NCBI RefSeq assembly: GCF_001548275.1
Contig: NZ_AP014945.1
Location: 870,001-902,000 of the forward strand
Direction: 5' to 3'
DNA length: 32,000 nt
Source: Caldimicrobium thiodismutans
Lineage (GTDB): Bacteria; Desulfobacterota; Thermodesulfobacteria; Thermodesulfobacteriales; Thermodesulfobacteriaceae
The translations under genes were made by a program, and so were the position numbers. This document shows positions 15,670 to 25,170 of the stretch, piece after piece. The notes under the pieces were generated by a model. That model had not been told where the DNA came from, ran no database searches, and worked only from the letters and a program-made list of their open reading frames with translations. The stretch's first letter is position 1; every line of letters starts with the position of its first letter.

Positions 15670-15894
15670 AAAATATACCTATTTCTAATTTTAGCAAGTG
15701 CATGCATCCATATCTTTTGAGATTTGGTGGGGATCTTTTCTGCCAACGCTTTTGTTCCTTTGCATTATCGGGCAGACATACAAGACTTGAGCAGACATGC
15801 AAGGGGTTTCCCTTCCTCTCACCGCACACCTCTTGCCTTTCACCTTTTTACATTTTCCACTTTTCCTTTTTCTTGTAAGGATATGAACTTATGC
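15670..15894 (-). repeat. Copy C of the intergenic repeat family (diverged; lacks the GTAGGGGCAA hairpin)
   Basis: gcatgcatccatatcttttgaga ... degenerate heptamers (15816-15864) ... tcttgtaaggatatgaacttatgc. Outward module TTGCTA (15692-15697)-N16-TATTTT (15670-15675) on the minus strand. Matches copy A at 17/18 positions over cTTGmTAaaattagaaat. Confidence 0.8.
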
Positions 15895-15911
15895 AAAAAG
15901 AGGGGGAGCAT

Positions 15912-16304
15912 ATGGAGGGAGAAATTTTTTATAGAGTAATATATGGGGATACTGATTGTGGTGGGGTCATGTATTATGCCAATTATCTCAGGCTCTTTGA
16001 AATGGGAAGAACAGAGCTTATCCGAGCCTGTGGGCTAAGTTATAAAGAGATAGAAGAGGAGATGGGAATTATCCTTCCTGTGGTTGAAGTAAAGGCAAGA
16101 TATAAGGCCTCTGCAAAATATGATGATCTTTTAAGGATCAGGACCACTCTTGTAGAGGCCAGATCCTTTAAAATCCTTTTTGCTTACCAGATTTTTAGAG
16201 AGGAAATCCTCCTTGTAGAGGGATCAACTCTCCATGTGGCTATTAACCGGATAGGAAAAATAGTAAAAATTCCTGAAAAAATCCTTAAGCTCCTTTCAGG
16301 ATAA
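15912..16304 (+). CDS. Acyl-CoA thioesterase, YbgC/4HBT hotdog family
   Basis: YRVIYGDTDCGGVMYYANYLRLFEMGRTE is typical YbgC-type. Start moved to ATG 15912 (GGGGGAG SD); the listed ATG at 15891 lies inside the repeat end. Confidence 0.85.
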   Translation: MEGEIFYRVIYGDTDCGGVMYYANYLRLFEMGRTELIRACGLSYKEIEEEMGIILPVVEVKARYKASAKYDDLLRIRTTLVEARSFKILFAYQIFREEILLVEGSTLHVAINRIGKIVKIPEKILKLLSG

Positions 16305-16351
16305 AAATTCTGTTTTATCTTTTCAGACAAAAGGACTTATAGGGGCGATAT

Positions 16352-17461
16352 ATGAATCTGAAAGTTGGATTAGTTGGGCTCCCCAATGTAGGGAAATCTA
16401 CTATTTTTAATGCCCTCCTTCAGAAGGCTAAAGCTGAGGTTGCCAACTACCCCTTTTGCACTATTGAGCCTAATATGGGGATAGTGAGCATTCCAGATGA
16501 AAGACTTAATGAGATTGCAAAGAAGGAGGGAAGCGCAAAGATAACGCCTGCTTTTATAGAATTCGTTGATATTGCAGGCCTGGTTAAAGGGGCAAGCAAA
16601 GGAGAGGGCTTAGGGAATCAATTTCTCTCCCATATAAGAAGTGTTTCAGCTATAGCCCAGACCCTTCGCTGTTTTGAAGAGGAAGATATTGTCCATGTAG
16701 AAGGAGAGGTAAATCCCTTAAGGGATGCGGAGATCATTGAGCTTGAACTAATTCTGGCTGATCTTCAGACCATTGAGAGAAGAATGGAAAAGGCAGTAAA
16801 ACAGGCCAAATCCGATAAAAATGCTCTCTTTGAGATAGCAGTGCTTGAAAAGGCCAAAGCTCATCTTGAAGAAATGCGCATCCTTAGACACTCCATCTCT
16901 GACTTCACTTTAGAGGAGCTGAATTTTTTAGAAAAGACTCTTTTCTTATTAACCCTAAAACCTATTATGTATATTGCCAATATTGGTGAAGAAGATTTAG
17001 TGAATCCCCAGGGAAATAAACATTTTAGAGCCCTTAAAGCAAAAGCAGAAATAGAGGGGATCCCTATAATTGCCCTTTGTGGAAAGGTTGAGGCTGAACT
17101 TTCTTCTCTTACTGAGAATGAAAGAGAAGAATTTTTAAAAGCCTTTGGGTTGAAAGAGCCTGGACTTTATCAGATGATAAGAGAAGGTTTTTCCCTTCTT
17201 AATCTTATTACCTTTTTTACTGCTGGACCAAAGGAGGCCAGAGCCTGGACTATTAAAAGGGCAACCACTGCCAAAGAGGCTGCTGGTGTCATTCACTCTG
17301 ACATAGAAAGAGGTTTTATCTCTGCGGAGGTCATCTCCTTTGAGGATTATAAAAAAGCTCCCAATTTTCAAAAAGCCAAAGAGCTTGGTCTTCTTCGCCT
17401 TGAGGGAAGAGACTATATCCTTGAGGACGGAGATATCGTGTATTTCCGATTCAATGTTTAA
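16352..17461 (+). CDS. ychF: Ribosome-binding ATPase YchF (Obg-like)
   Basis: G1 GLVGLPNVGKSTIFNAL, ANYPFCTIEPN, DIAGLVKGAS, C-terminal TGS-type domain (AWTIKRATTAKEAAGVIHSDIERGFI). Confidence 0.95.
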   Translation: MNLKVGLVGLPNVGKSTIFNALLQKAKAEVANYPFCTIEPNMGIVSIPDERLNEIAKKEGSAKITPAFIEFVDIAGLVKGASKGEGLGNQFLSHIRSVSAIAQTLRCFEEEDIVHVEGEVNPLRDAEIIELELILADLQTIERRMEKAVKQAKSDKNALFEIAVLEKAKAHLEEMRILRHSISDFTLEELNFLEKTLFLLTLKPIMYIANIGEEDLVNPQGNKHFRALKAKAEIEGIPIIALCGKVEAELSSLTENEREEFLKAFGLKEPGLYQMIREGFSLLNLITFFTAGPKEARAWTIKRATTAKEAAGVIHSDIERGFISAEVISFEDYKKAPNFQKAKELGLLRLEGRDYILEDGDIVYFRFNV

Positions 17462-17494
17462 CCCTCTTTTAACAATCTTCATTTAAATTAACCC

Positions 17495-17522
17495 TTGCTA
17501 AGAAATTAAATCTCCTTATAAT
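17495..17522 (+). promoter_or_regulatory. Sigma-70-type promoter of the glycogen cluster (TTGCTA-N16-TATAAT); the -10 ends 8 nt before the ATG
   Basis: TTGCTA 17495-17500, TATAAT 17517-17522, ATG 17531, with no SD in between. This suggests a leaderless or near-leaderless mRNA. Confidence 0.5.
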
Positions 17523-17530
17523 AATTAAAT

Positions 17531-19477
17531 ATGCTTAGTCATCTCTATACCCAGTTTACTCCCTATGAATGGCTCCTCACCAATCGGAAAGGAGGCTATG
17601 CCCTTGGGACAGCCTTTTTGGCTAACCTTAGAAAATATCATGGTCTCCTTATTGCAGGTAAAGAAAAGGGTTATAGGGCTCATTTACTCTCTTCCCTTGA
17701 GGAAAAGATTTCTTTCCCCTCCGGGCTTACCTATCTTCTGGATACTAACTTTTATCCAGATAATATCTTCCCTCAGGGGTATACCCACATCAAGGAGTTT
17801 TTTTTCAAACCCTATCCGGTATTTTATTACAGCTGCCCCAAGACAAATGAGATTTTTCTACAAAAGAGTCTGCGCATGGCTGAAGATAAAAATGCCCTTC
17901 TTCTCAGCTATCATAATATTAGCTCTTATCCCTTTAAACTCTTTTTAAGACCCAAGTTAACATTTAGAAATCATCATCACCTTACTTCGGCCCAAGCCTG
18001 GAAAGATTATATAGTTGAAACCTCTTCCCAAGAAGCCTTTATCTCTCGGGATGATCTTGCCCTCTTTCTCTACCTTAATCAAGGAAACCTTTTTCAGGAT
18101 TCCCTTTTTTACTACCGGGTCTATTATCCCTTAGAGGAATTAAGAGGATACGCCTCCCTTGAAGACCTCTTTTCCCCTCTCTTGATCGAGGTTGAACTCT
18201 TGCCTGGAGAATCTTTAGAGCTCCTTTTTAGCGATCAGTCTTTACCTCATCCTGAAGAGGAGATAAAGAAGATTAAGGGCCGCTATGCCCCTGCCCTTTC
18301 ACTTTCTTCAAAAAAGAAGGCCTTTAAGCAAGAAGATTTTGCAGATTTACTCAAAGGTATGGTCAGGGACTTTCTAATTGAAGGTGATGTTATTGCTGGT
18401 TATCCCTGGTTTTATTGTTGGGGAAGGGATACCTTCATCGGGCTTCCAGCCCTTTTTTACCTTGAAGAGGGCCAATCCTTCTGCATAGAAATTTTTGAAA
18501 ACTATGCTCAAAGAAGACAAAAGGGGCTTATACCTAATGTAATTGGTTCTCAAGAGGAGACAAATTATAACTCTCTTGACGGAACTCTCTGGTTTCTTTT
18601 AAGAATCTTTGAATTTTTAGAATTTTTTAAAGGAAAGGTAAGTTCTGCTGGAAAAAAAAGGCTTCTTTTGAGTGTAGAGGAAACTTTAGAATGTTTTTTA
18701 ACTGATACCGGGCTTCCTTTTTATGTAGATGAAGAGGATGGCCTCCTTGAGATACCTGAGACAACTAATCTTGCTCTCACTTGGATGGATGTTGTGATTG
18801 ATGGAAGGCCCTTAACTCCCCGATATGGAAAACCCATTGAGATTAGCTTTCTCTGGCACAATGTCCTTACCTTTGCAAAAAGCTACTTAAAAAAGAGTTT
18901 TTTAAAAAAATATAAGATTGAAGGTCTTTTGGAAAGGCATTCATCCTCTCTTCAGAAATATTTCGGGAAAGAGGCTATAGCTGATCGTCTTTTCAGAGGA
19001 GAACCAGTCTTTGAGACACGCCCTAATTTTGTAATTGCCTTAAGTCTTCCTGTAACCCCGGTTGTGCAAGAGACTCTAAAGCTTGCGGAAAAAATTGCAC
19101 GAGAAGAACTTTTAACCCCATTTGGGCTCAGAACTCTCTCGCCTAAGCATCCGGGCTTTAAACGCAAATATTTTGGAAACCAATATCAGAGAGATCTCAG
19201 TTATCACAACGGCTCAGTCTGGGTCTGGCTTTTATACCCATATTGTAAACTTCTTGGAAAGATTCTAACCCTTAGGGACTACAAAGAGGCCTTAAAAAAA
19301 CTCCTCCACCCCTTCAGAGATCTTATTTTAAGTGGAAAGGTTGGGAGCCTCCCTGAGCTCTACGATGGAGATTCCCCCTTCTATCCAAAAGGGGCTCCTG
19401 CCCAGTTCTGGTCAGTTTCAGCCATCTTGCTGTTAGAAATGGAGAGGCAAGAGAAAAGAGGAGGTCTTAAATTATGA
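17531..19477 (+). CDS. Glycogen debranching enzyme, archaeal type (amylo-alpha-1,6-glucosidase family)
   Basis: N-terminal YEWLLTNRKGGYALGT...LRKYHGLL and a C-terminal (alpha/alpha)6 region (GYPWFYCWGRDTFI, SYHNGSVWVW, QFWSVS) typical of the GDE_C family. Confidence 0.85.
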   Translation: MLSHLYTQFTPYEWLLTNRKGGYALGTAFLANLRKYHGLLIAGKEKGYRAHLLSSLEEKISFPSGLTYLLDTNFYPDNIFPQGYTHIKEFFFKPYPVFYYSCPKTNEIFLQKSLRMAEDKNALLLSYHNISSYPFKLFLRPKLTFRNHHHLTSAQAWKDYIVETSSQEAFISRDDLALFLYLNQGNLFQDSLFYYRVYYPLEELRGYASLEDLFSPLLIEVELLPGESLELLFSDQSLPHPEEEIKKIKGRYAPALSLSSKKKAFKQEDFADLLKGMVRDFLIEGDVIAGYPWFYCWGRDTFIGLPALFYLEEGQSFCIEIFENYAQRRQKGLIPNVIGSQEETNYNSLDGTLWFLLRIFEFLEFFKGKVSSAGKKRLLLSVEETLECFLTDTGLPFYVDEEDGLLEIPETTNLALTWMDVVIDGRPLTPRYGKPIEISFLWHNVLTFAKSYLKKSFLKKYKIEGLLERHSSSLQKYFGKEAIADRLFRGEPVFETRPNFVIALSLPVTPVVQETLKLAEKIAREELLTPFGLRTLSPKHPGFKRKYFGNQYQRDLSYHNGSVWVWLLYPYCKLLGKILTLRDYKEALKKLLHPFRDLILSGKVGSLPELYDGDSPFYPKGAPAQFWSVSAILLLEMERQEKRGGLKL

Positions 19478-20766
19478 AAGTCTTAATGCTTACCTGGGAG
19501 TATCCTCCCTTCATTGTGGGAGGCCTTGGAATGGCCTGCTATGGACTTTTTAAGGCCTTAGCTGAACTGGGAGTAACCATAAAGATGCTTCTTCCCACTA
19601 AGGAAGAAGTTTTTTTTGAGATAACAAGGCCTGAGGAGGCTGATTTTCCACTGGCCAAAAAAGAAAATGGTAAAAATCTTTCCCCTAAACCCCTAAAATT
19701 TTTTCCCTATCTATATGTTCTACCAGAGGAATCTGTCTATACTTCCTTAAAAGAATTTTTAAAGGGTTGTTCTACTTTTAAAGGAACCCCTGATCAGAAA
19801 AATCCTATCCCGGATGAGATTTTCAATCGTCTTGAATACATTCTTTCTCAGGGAAATTCCCTTCTTTATAAGGTGAAGCTTTATACTCAGAATGTCTTAA
19901 AAATGGCAGAAAAAATTGACTTTGATCTGATTCATGCCCACGATTGGCTTACCTATCCAGCTGGCCTATTTTTAAAGAAGACCACCTCTAAACCTCTTAT
20001 TTGTCACCTACATGCCACTGAATTTGATCGGGCTTTAGGATTTGGGCATCCTTTTATTCATGAGATTGAATACTTAGGGTTACAATATAGTGATTTAAAT
20101 ATTGCTGTTTCAAATTACACCAAGGGCATTGCAGTTGAGCACTACCATGTTTCACCAGAAAAGATACGCGTTGTCCATAATGCCTTTACAGCTAAGACCT
20201 TAGCTCCCCAAAAGACAAAAAAATTTAAAGAACCTGTAATCCTCTTTCTGGGAAGATTAACTCCCCAGAAGGGCCCTAAGATCTTCCTTGAGATCGCTAA
20301 AAAGGTTTTAGAGGGAGGGGGAAAGGCTCGTTTTGTGATTGCTGGAGCAGGAGAGATGGAAAGAGAGCTTATGCTTGAAGCAAGCTCCCTTGGGATTGGC
20401 ACTCATATCATGTTTACTGGCTTTTTGACCCGAGAAGATGTGGAAAGAGCCCTTTCTTTAGCAGATTTAGTAGTTATGCCCTCTGTTTCTGAGCCCTTTG
20501 GAATTGTCGCCCTTGAAGCCATGCACTTTGGGTGTGCTCTTATTCTCTCCAAACAATCAGGAGCCTCTGAAATCATAGAAAATGCATATATTGTTGACTT
20601 CTGGGATGTGGATAAGATGGTTGAGATTATCCTTGATCTTATCTCAAATCCCACCAAACTTAAAGAGCTTCAGGAGAAGGTAAGAGTTGAGGTAAAAAAT
20701 TTTACCTGGCTTGAACCTGCCCAGAAAATTAAAAAACTATATGCGGAGCTCTTGAGAAATCCTTAA
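19474..20766 (+). CDS. Glycosyltransferase, glycogen-synthase-like (GT4/GT5, GT-B fold)
   Basis: MKVLMLTWEYPPFIVGGLGMA, HAHDWLT, GRLTPQKG, SVSEPFGIVALEAM (E-x7-E). ATGA overlap with the upstream gene. Confidence 0.8.
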   Translation: MKVLMLTWEYPPFIVGGLGMACYGLFKALAELGVTIKMLLPTKEEVFFEITRPEEADFPLAKKENGKNLSPKPLKFFPYLYVLPEESVYTSLKEFLKGCSTFKGTPDQKNPIPDEIFNRLEYILSQGNSLLYKVKLYTQNVLKMAEKIDFDLIHAHDWLTYPAGLFLKKTTSKPLICHLHATEFDRALGFGHPFIHEIEYLGLQYSDLNIAVSNYTKGIAVEHYHVSPEKIRVVHNAFTAKTLAPQKTKKFKEPVILFLGRLTPQKGPKIFLEIAKKVLEGGGKARFVIAGAGEMERELMLEASSLGIGTHIMFTGFLTREDVERALSLADLVVMPSVSEPFGIVALEAMHFGCALILSKQSGASEIIENAYIVDFWDVDKMVEIILDLISNPTKLKELQEKVRVEVKNFTWLEPAQKIKKLYAELLRNP

Positions 20767-21965
20767 TGCTTTATATTATCTTCTATTTTCAGGTTCATCA
20801 GCCCTTTCGGGTCTCTAAATACTCCTTTTTTGACATAGGAACTTCTAAATCATACTTTGATGAAGAGCTTAACAGGTTTGTCTTTAACAAGGTAGCTGAA
20901 AAGTGCTACCTTCCTGCCAACCAGCTTTTTAAGGAGCTTATTCTTAGATCTGAAGGGAGATTTAAAATCTCCTATAGTATCACAGGCACCTTCCTTGAGC
21001 AAGCCAAGAACTATCGCCCTGAGGTCTTTGAATCTTTCATAGAGCTCCTTCAAACAGGTGGGGTTGAATTAATTAATGAGACCTATTACCATTCCTTAGC
21101 CAGCATTTTTGATCTTGATGAATTTTTAGAGCAAGTTTCAGAACACTTTGAAATTATGGAGAGGGAATTTGGATATAAACCAAGTGTCTTCCGCAATACG
21201 GAGCTTATTTATTTTGACAAACTCTCTGATGTGCTTCTCAACTTTCCCCACATTAAAACCATACTTATTGAAGGGGCTGATAAAATTCTTATGGGAGACT
21301 CCCCCCTTTATCCCAGACTTTCATACAATCATGCCCACCTTTTGCTACTTAAACATTACAAACTCTCTGATGATATTGCCTTTCGCTTTAGTGATCGGGG
21401 TTGGGCTGAATATCCCCTAACTGCAGAAAAGTATGTCCAGTGGGTTAGAGAACTTCCCCTTTCAGAAAGGGAAGGACGAAATCTTTACTTAGGTCTTTTT
21501 ATGGATTATGAAACCTTTGGAGAGCATCAGTGGAAAGAAAGCGGAATCTTTGAATTTACGCGGAGAGTCATTGAACTACTCCTTAAAGAGCGAGAAATTT
21601 CCTTCCTTTTTCCCTCGGAGGTGCATTCAACCTTAAATTATACCCTACGGGGGCTTTCAGTTCCAACTCCTACCTCTTGGGCAGATACAGAAAGAGACCT
21701 TTCCGCCTGGCTTTCCAATCCCCTTCAGTGGAATGCCATGAAAACTGCCTTTGAGCTCTTGCGCAAAGCCAAAATTCAGGGTAAAAAGGATTTGATTGCA
21801 CCTTTGAAATACCTTACCACTTCGGATCACTTTTATTACATGTGTATAAAATACTTTCAGGATGGAGATGTTCACAAGTATTTTTCACCCTATGATTTGC
21901 CTGATAATGCTTATAAATATTATATGAATATTTTAGCTGATATAGAGGAAAAATTGGAGGCCTGA
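20766..21965 (+). CDS. Glycoside hydrolase family 57 protein (alpha-amylase-like)
   Basis: FYFQVHQPFR, GGVELINETYYH, FMDYETFGEHQW (GH57 catalytic-region motifs). TAATG overlap with the upstream gene. Confidence 0.85.
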   Translation: MLYIIFYFQVHQPFRVSKYSFFDIGTSKSYFDEELNRFVFNKVAEKCYLPANQLFKELILRSEGRFKISYSITGTFLEQAKNYRPEVFESFIELLQTGGVELINETYYHSLASIFDLDEFLEQVSEHFEIMEREFGYKPSVFRNTELIYFDKLSDVLLNFPHIKTILIEGADKILMGDSPLYPRLSYNHAHLLLLKHYKLSDDIAFRFSDRGWAEYPLTAEKYVQWVRELPLSEREGRNLYLGLFMDYETFGEHQWKESGIFEFTRRVIELLLKEREISFLFPSEVHSTLNYTLRGLSVPTPTSWADTERDLSAWLSNPLQWNAMKTAFELLRKAKIQGKKDLIAPLKYLTTSDHFYYMCIKYFQDGDVHKYFSPYDLPDNAYKYYMNILADIEEKLEA

Positions 21966-21966
21966 T

Positions 21967-24501
21967 ATGGAATTTAAAAAATTTTTTGTTTACCCAAGGT
22001 TTCCAGAATCCTTAGAAAAACTTGTAACCATTTCCTATAATCTTTGGTTTACCTGGGATTTTGATGCCCTTTCCCTTTTTTACAGGATGGATGCAGAGCT
22101 TTTCAGGAAGGTCAAACACAATCCCATTAAATTTATTCACCTTTTATCCAAGGAAAAGATAGAAGCCCTTGCTCAGGACAGAAGGTTTTTACTTGATCTT
22201 CAGGAGATCTGGGAACGCTTCGAGGAATATCAGAAAAAGGTTCATCCCATGGTATCTGCATCGGATCTTACCAAAGGGGATGTAATAGCCTATTTTTCTA
22301 CGGAATTTGCCTTGCATGAAGCCCTCCCAGTTTATGCAGGTGGTTTGGGGGTTCTGGCTGGAGATATTCTTATGGGGGCTTCAGACCTTGATATTCCTTT
22401 AGTAGGAGTAAGCCTCCTTTACAATAGAGGCTATTTTAAACAGACCTTTGACCCTGCGGGTCTTCAAAAGGAGGAATCAGATATTTTTGATAAATTTTTA
22501 AATATACTCCGTGAAGTTAAAGACCCTGAAGGAAAGCCTCTCCTTATTGAACTCCATATTCTTGACAAATTTTATAAGGCCAAAGTCTGGAAAGTTGAAG
22601 TTGGAAAAAGAATCTGTCTTTTTTTAGATACAGATATCCCTGAAAACCCTCCAGATGTAAGGGCCATTACAGAGTATCTTTATCCTGCTGAACCTGAAAA
22701 GAGACTGAAACAGGAGATACTTCTTGGTATGGGAGGTTATCAGGCCCTTAGAAAAATGGGACTTGATCCTAAAATTTATCATCTGAATGAGGGGCATTCG
22801 GCCTTTGTGATCCTTTCCCGCTTGAAGGAGCTTATGCTGGAAAAGGGCCTCTCTTATCCAGAGGCTAAACTTTTTATTCAGGAAACAACTGTTTTTACTA
22901 CCCATACTCCCCTTATTGCTGGAAATGAGCACTTTGATACCAAATTGGTTGAAAAATATTTAGGGCCTGAGGTAAGTGCCCTTGGTCTTACTATGGAGGA
23001 TTTAACCAAGTGTGGCTGTATTCTTGGAGACAAATCCCTCTTTTGGCTTCCTGCCTTGGCTATAAGATATTCTCGGCATGTAAATGCAGTTTCCAAACTC
23101 CATCAGGAAACCACAAAAAAGATGTGGCAACCTCTTTTTGAAGACTGGCTTTTTGAGGAAGTGCCTATTGACTATGTAACTAATGGTGTGCACTGGAGAT
23201 GGTTGAGTGAGCCTTTTAATGATCTCTTGAAGGAGTATGTAGGGCTTGATTTCAGATTTCTTGGCCCGGATGATCCTGCCTGGGATGAAATCTTAAATAT
23301 TCCCGATGAGGAGGTCTGGGAGGCTCATAAAAAAAATAAACAAAGGCTAATAAATCTTTTGAATAAGCTTCTTGAAGAGGAGTTGATGCGAGGAGATCCC
23401 CAAAAGACCTCCCGAAAATGGAGTCTTCCTCTGAAAAGATTCCATCTAATTATCGGATGTGCCAGACGAGTTACAGGCTATAAGAGAAATAATCTCATCC
23501 TCTTTGATAAAGAAAGGCTCCTTAAGATCTTGCAGGATACAGATAAACCTGTGCTTTTTGTTTTTGCTGGTAAAGCCCATCCCAAAGATCTGGAAGGTAA
23601 AAAGATGATCCAGGAACTTTTAGACTTTAGGGCTAAATATCAACTTGAAGACAAATTTGTTTTTATAGAAAACTATGACCTCCATTTAGCAAGATACATT
23701 ATTTGGGGATCAGATGTTTGGTTAAACAATCCTTACAGGCCAATGGAGGCAAGTGGAACCTCAGGTATGAAGGCTGCTATAAATGGGGTTTTAAACTTAA
23801 GTGTTCTGGATGGATGGTGGGCTGAAGGGTATGATGGAACCAATGGTTGGGCTATTTATCCCAAGGAGGGGCTTCCTCCCTATAATTATTTTGAGGCTAA
23901 TCAAATTTATACCCTTCTTGAAGGAGAGATTAGAAATCTATATTACCAGAGAGATGAAGAGGGGATACCTCGAGAATGGGTTCAGCGTATGAAAAGGGCT
24001 CTGTATATCTGCTGTAAAAACTTTTCCATGAATCGTGTCCTCCTTGAATATTTACAAAAGTTCTATCAACCAGCTCTTACCCAATTTAAAACTCTGACTG
24101 CCGAAAATTTTGCTCTGGTCAAAAGACTGGATGCTGAAAGGAAAATTTTAGAAGAAAATTGGGGAAAAATAAAGATTCTTTCCTTTCAAACCAATATTTT
24201 AGGGGAGGCCACTTGGGAGGACTCTGAGATTGAGATAAAGGTTGAAGTTGAATTTGGAGATCTTCCCAAAGAACTTGTTACAGTTGAACTTGTTTGTATC
24301 AAAGAGATGGGGCTTGAAGAAGAAATAAGTAAAGAATTTACCTTTGTCCCTCTTGAATTAGAAAAGGCAGAAAACGGAAAGGCTTTTTATAGCATTAAAT
24401 ATCAGCTTTATGGACATGGCCTGCGAAAGGTAGGAGTAAGAGTTGTCCCCAGTAATGAGATCTTACGCCGGGCCTATCCTGAATTAATTAAGTGGTATTA
24501 A
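21967..24501 (+). CDS. glgP: Alpha-glucan phosphorylase (GT35, maltodextrin/glycogen phosphorylase)
   Basis: YFSTEFALHEALPVYAGGLGVLAGD, and EASGTSGMKAAINGVLNLSVLDGWW (PLP-lysine region). 844 aa. Confidence 0.92.
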   Translation: MEFKKFFVYPRFPESLEKLVTISYNLWFTWDFDALSLFYRMDAELFRKVKHNPIKFIHLLSKEKIEALAQDRRFLLDLQEIWERFEEYQKKVHPMVSASDLTKGDVIAYFSTEFALHEALPVYAGGLGVLAGDILMGASDLDIPLVGVSLLYNRGYFKQTFDPAGLQKEESDIFDKFLNILREVKDPEGKPLLIELHILDKFYKAKVWKVEVGKRICLFLDTDIPENPPDVRAITEYLYPAEPEKRLKQEILLGMGGYQALRKMGLDPKIYHLNEGHSAFVILSRLKELMLEKGLSYPEAKLFIQETTVFTTHTPLIAGNEHFDTKLVEKYLGPEVSALGLTMEDLTKCGCILGDKSLFWLPALAIRYSRHVNAVSKLHQETTKKMWQPLFEDWLFEEVPIDYVTNGVHWRWLSEPFNDLLKEYVGLDFRFLGPDDPAWDEILNIPDEEVWEAHKKNKQRLINLLNKLLEEELMRGDPQKTSRKWSLPLKRFHLIIGCARRVTGYKRNNLILFDKERLLKILQDTDKPVLFVFAGKAHPKDLEGKKMIQELLDFRAKYQLEDKFVFIENYDLHLARYIIWGSDVWLNNPYRPMEASGTSGMKAAINGVLNLSVLDGWWAEGYDGTNGWAIYPKEGLPPYNYFEANQIYTLLEGEIRNLYYQRDEEGIPREWVQRMKRALYICCKNFSMNRVLLEYLQKFYQPALTQFKTLTAENFALVKRLDAERKILEENWGKIKILSFQTNILGEATWEDSEIEIKVEVEFGDLPKELVTVELVCIKEMGLEEEISKEFTFVPLELEKAENGKAFYSIKYQLYGHGLRKVGVRVVPSNEILRRAYPELIKWY

Positions 24502-24516
24502 AAATAAAAATTTCCC

Positions 24517-24545
24517 TTGCCATAAAGGGAGAGAGGACTTATAAT
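24517..24545 (+). promoter_or_regulatory. Sigma-70-type promoter (TTGCCA-N17-TATAAT) for the ytxG/ytxH-like pair
   Basis: TTGCCA 24517-24522 and TATAAT 24540-24545. SD GGGGAGG precedes the ATG at 24579. Confidence 0.6.
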
Positions 24546-24578
24546 ATAGAAAAGTCAAATTTTTCATAGGGGAGGTCT

Positions 24579-25154
24579 ATGGAAAATATTGTTTACATCT
24601 TTTTGGGTTTAACTATCCTTTTTGTCTTCATTGTCTTAATCGGGGTTTTGAAATTAATCCAAACCCTGAAAAATCTGAATCAAAATCTTGAGTTATTACC
24701 TCCGGTTCTTTTAAATCTTAAAAACTCATCCGAGAAACTTCAGGAAAATCTTGAGGTCTCTAAAAGCACCCTTGAGAATTTAAATCATTTGCTTTCCGAG
24801 TTAAAGATTGTTCCTCGCATTGTTGGGGAGATCGGGGCATCTATCAAAGACTTTGAGGCCTTTTTAAAAGGACAGGTTGAGGTAGTTAAAGATGACCTCC
24901 ATTTTTCCTTGGAGGACTTAAGGGAGATATTGAAGGATTTTAAGGGTGTAAGTCTTGAAGTTAGTGAAAAAACTAAAAAGTTAAGCCAGAGTCTTGATCC
25001 TGTAATCAAGGGTCTTTCCGAAAGTGCCCAAACCGGGGCTCAACTTCTCGAAAATTTTAACACTACTCTTAAAAAGACCTATATTGAGGTCTCAGCTATG
25101 ACCACAGGGGTTTCAGAGGTGTTGAGGGGTTTAAGAAGGATCATAAAAATTTAG
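24579..25154 (+). CDS. DUF948/YtxG-like membrane-anchored coiled-coil protein
   Basis: N-terminal TM IVYIFLGLTILFVFIVLIGVL followed by low-complexity helical repeats. Located immediately upstream of a YtxH-like gene, as in the Bacillus ytxGH arrangement. Confidence 0.5.
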   Translation: MENIVYIFLGLTILFVFIVLIGVLKLIQTLKNLNQNLELLPPVLLNLKNSSEKLQENLEVSKSTLENLNHLLSELKIVPRIVGEIGASIKDFEAFLKGQVEVVKDDLHFSLEDLREILKDFKGVSLEVSEKTKKLSQSLDPVIKGLSESAQTGAQLLENFNTTLKKTYIEVSAMTTGVSEVLRGLRRIIKI

Positions 25155-25170
25155 ACAAGGGGGTGATACC

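Noticed and set aside
15663-15746. Long N-terminal extension of pyrR (MAEKIPTKSQKIWMHALAKIRNRYILCF).
   Set aside because: The extension is repeat copy C and its promoter module. PyrR homology begins at MEDILTLKSK (ATG 15662).
17565-17948. Internal or antisense ORFs inside long genes: 142-333, 382-594, 664-846, 4053-4247, 4366-4572, 6853-7044, 8888-9118, 9856-10161, 11982-12170, 12352-12549, 15138-15405, 17135-17482, 17565-17948, 18952-19167, 20142-20657, 20850-21053, 21148-21420, 21657-21875, 22624-23193, 23801-23992, 24785-25009, 26835-27090, 27918-28316, 29137-29325, 29678-30090, 31160-31535.
   Set aside because: Each is fully or largely embedded in a well-supported CDS with clear family motifs. 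They have low-complexity or odd composition, lack SDs and show no recognisable domains.
24511-24531. CCCTT-gccata-AAGGG hairpin after glgP, considered as a terminator.
   Set aside because: It has only a 5-bp stem, no downstream T-run, and overlaps the -35 hexamer of the next promoter.
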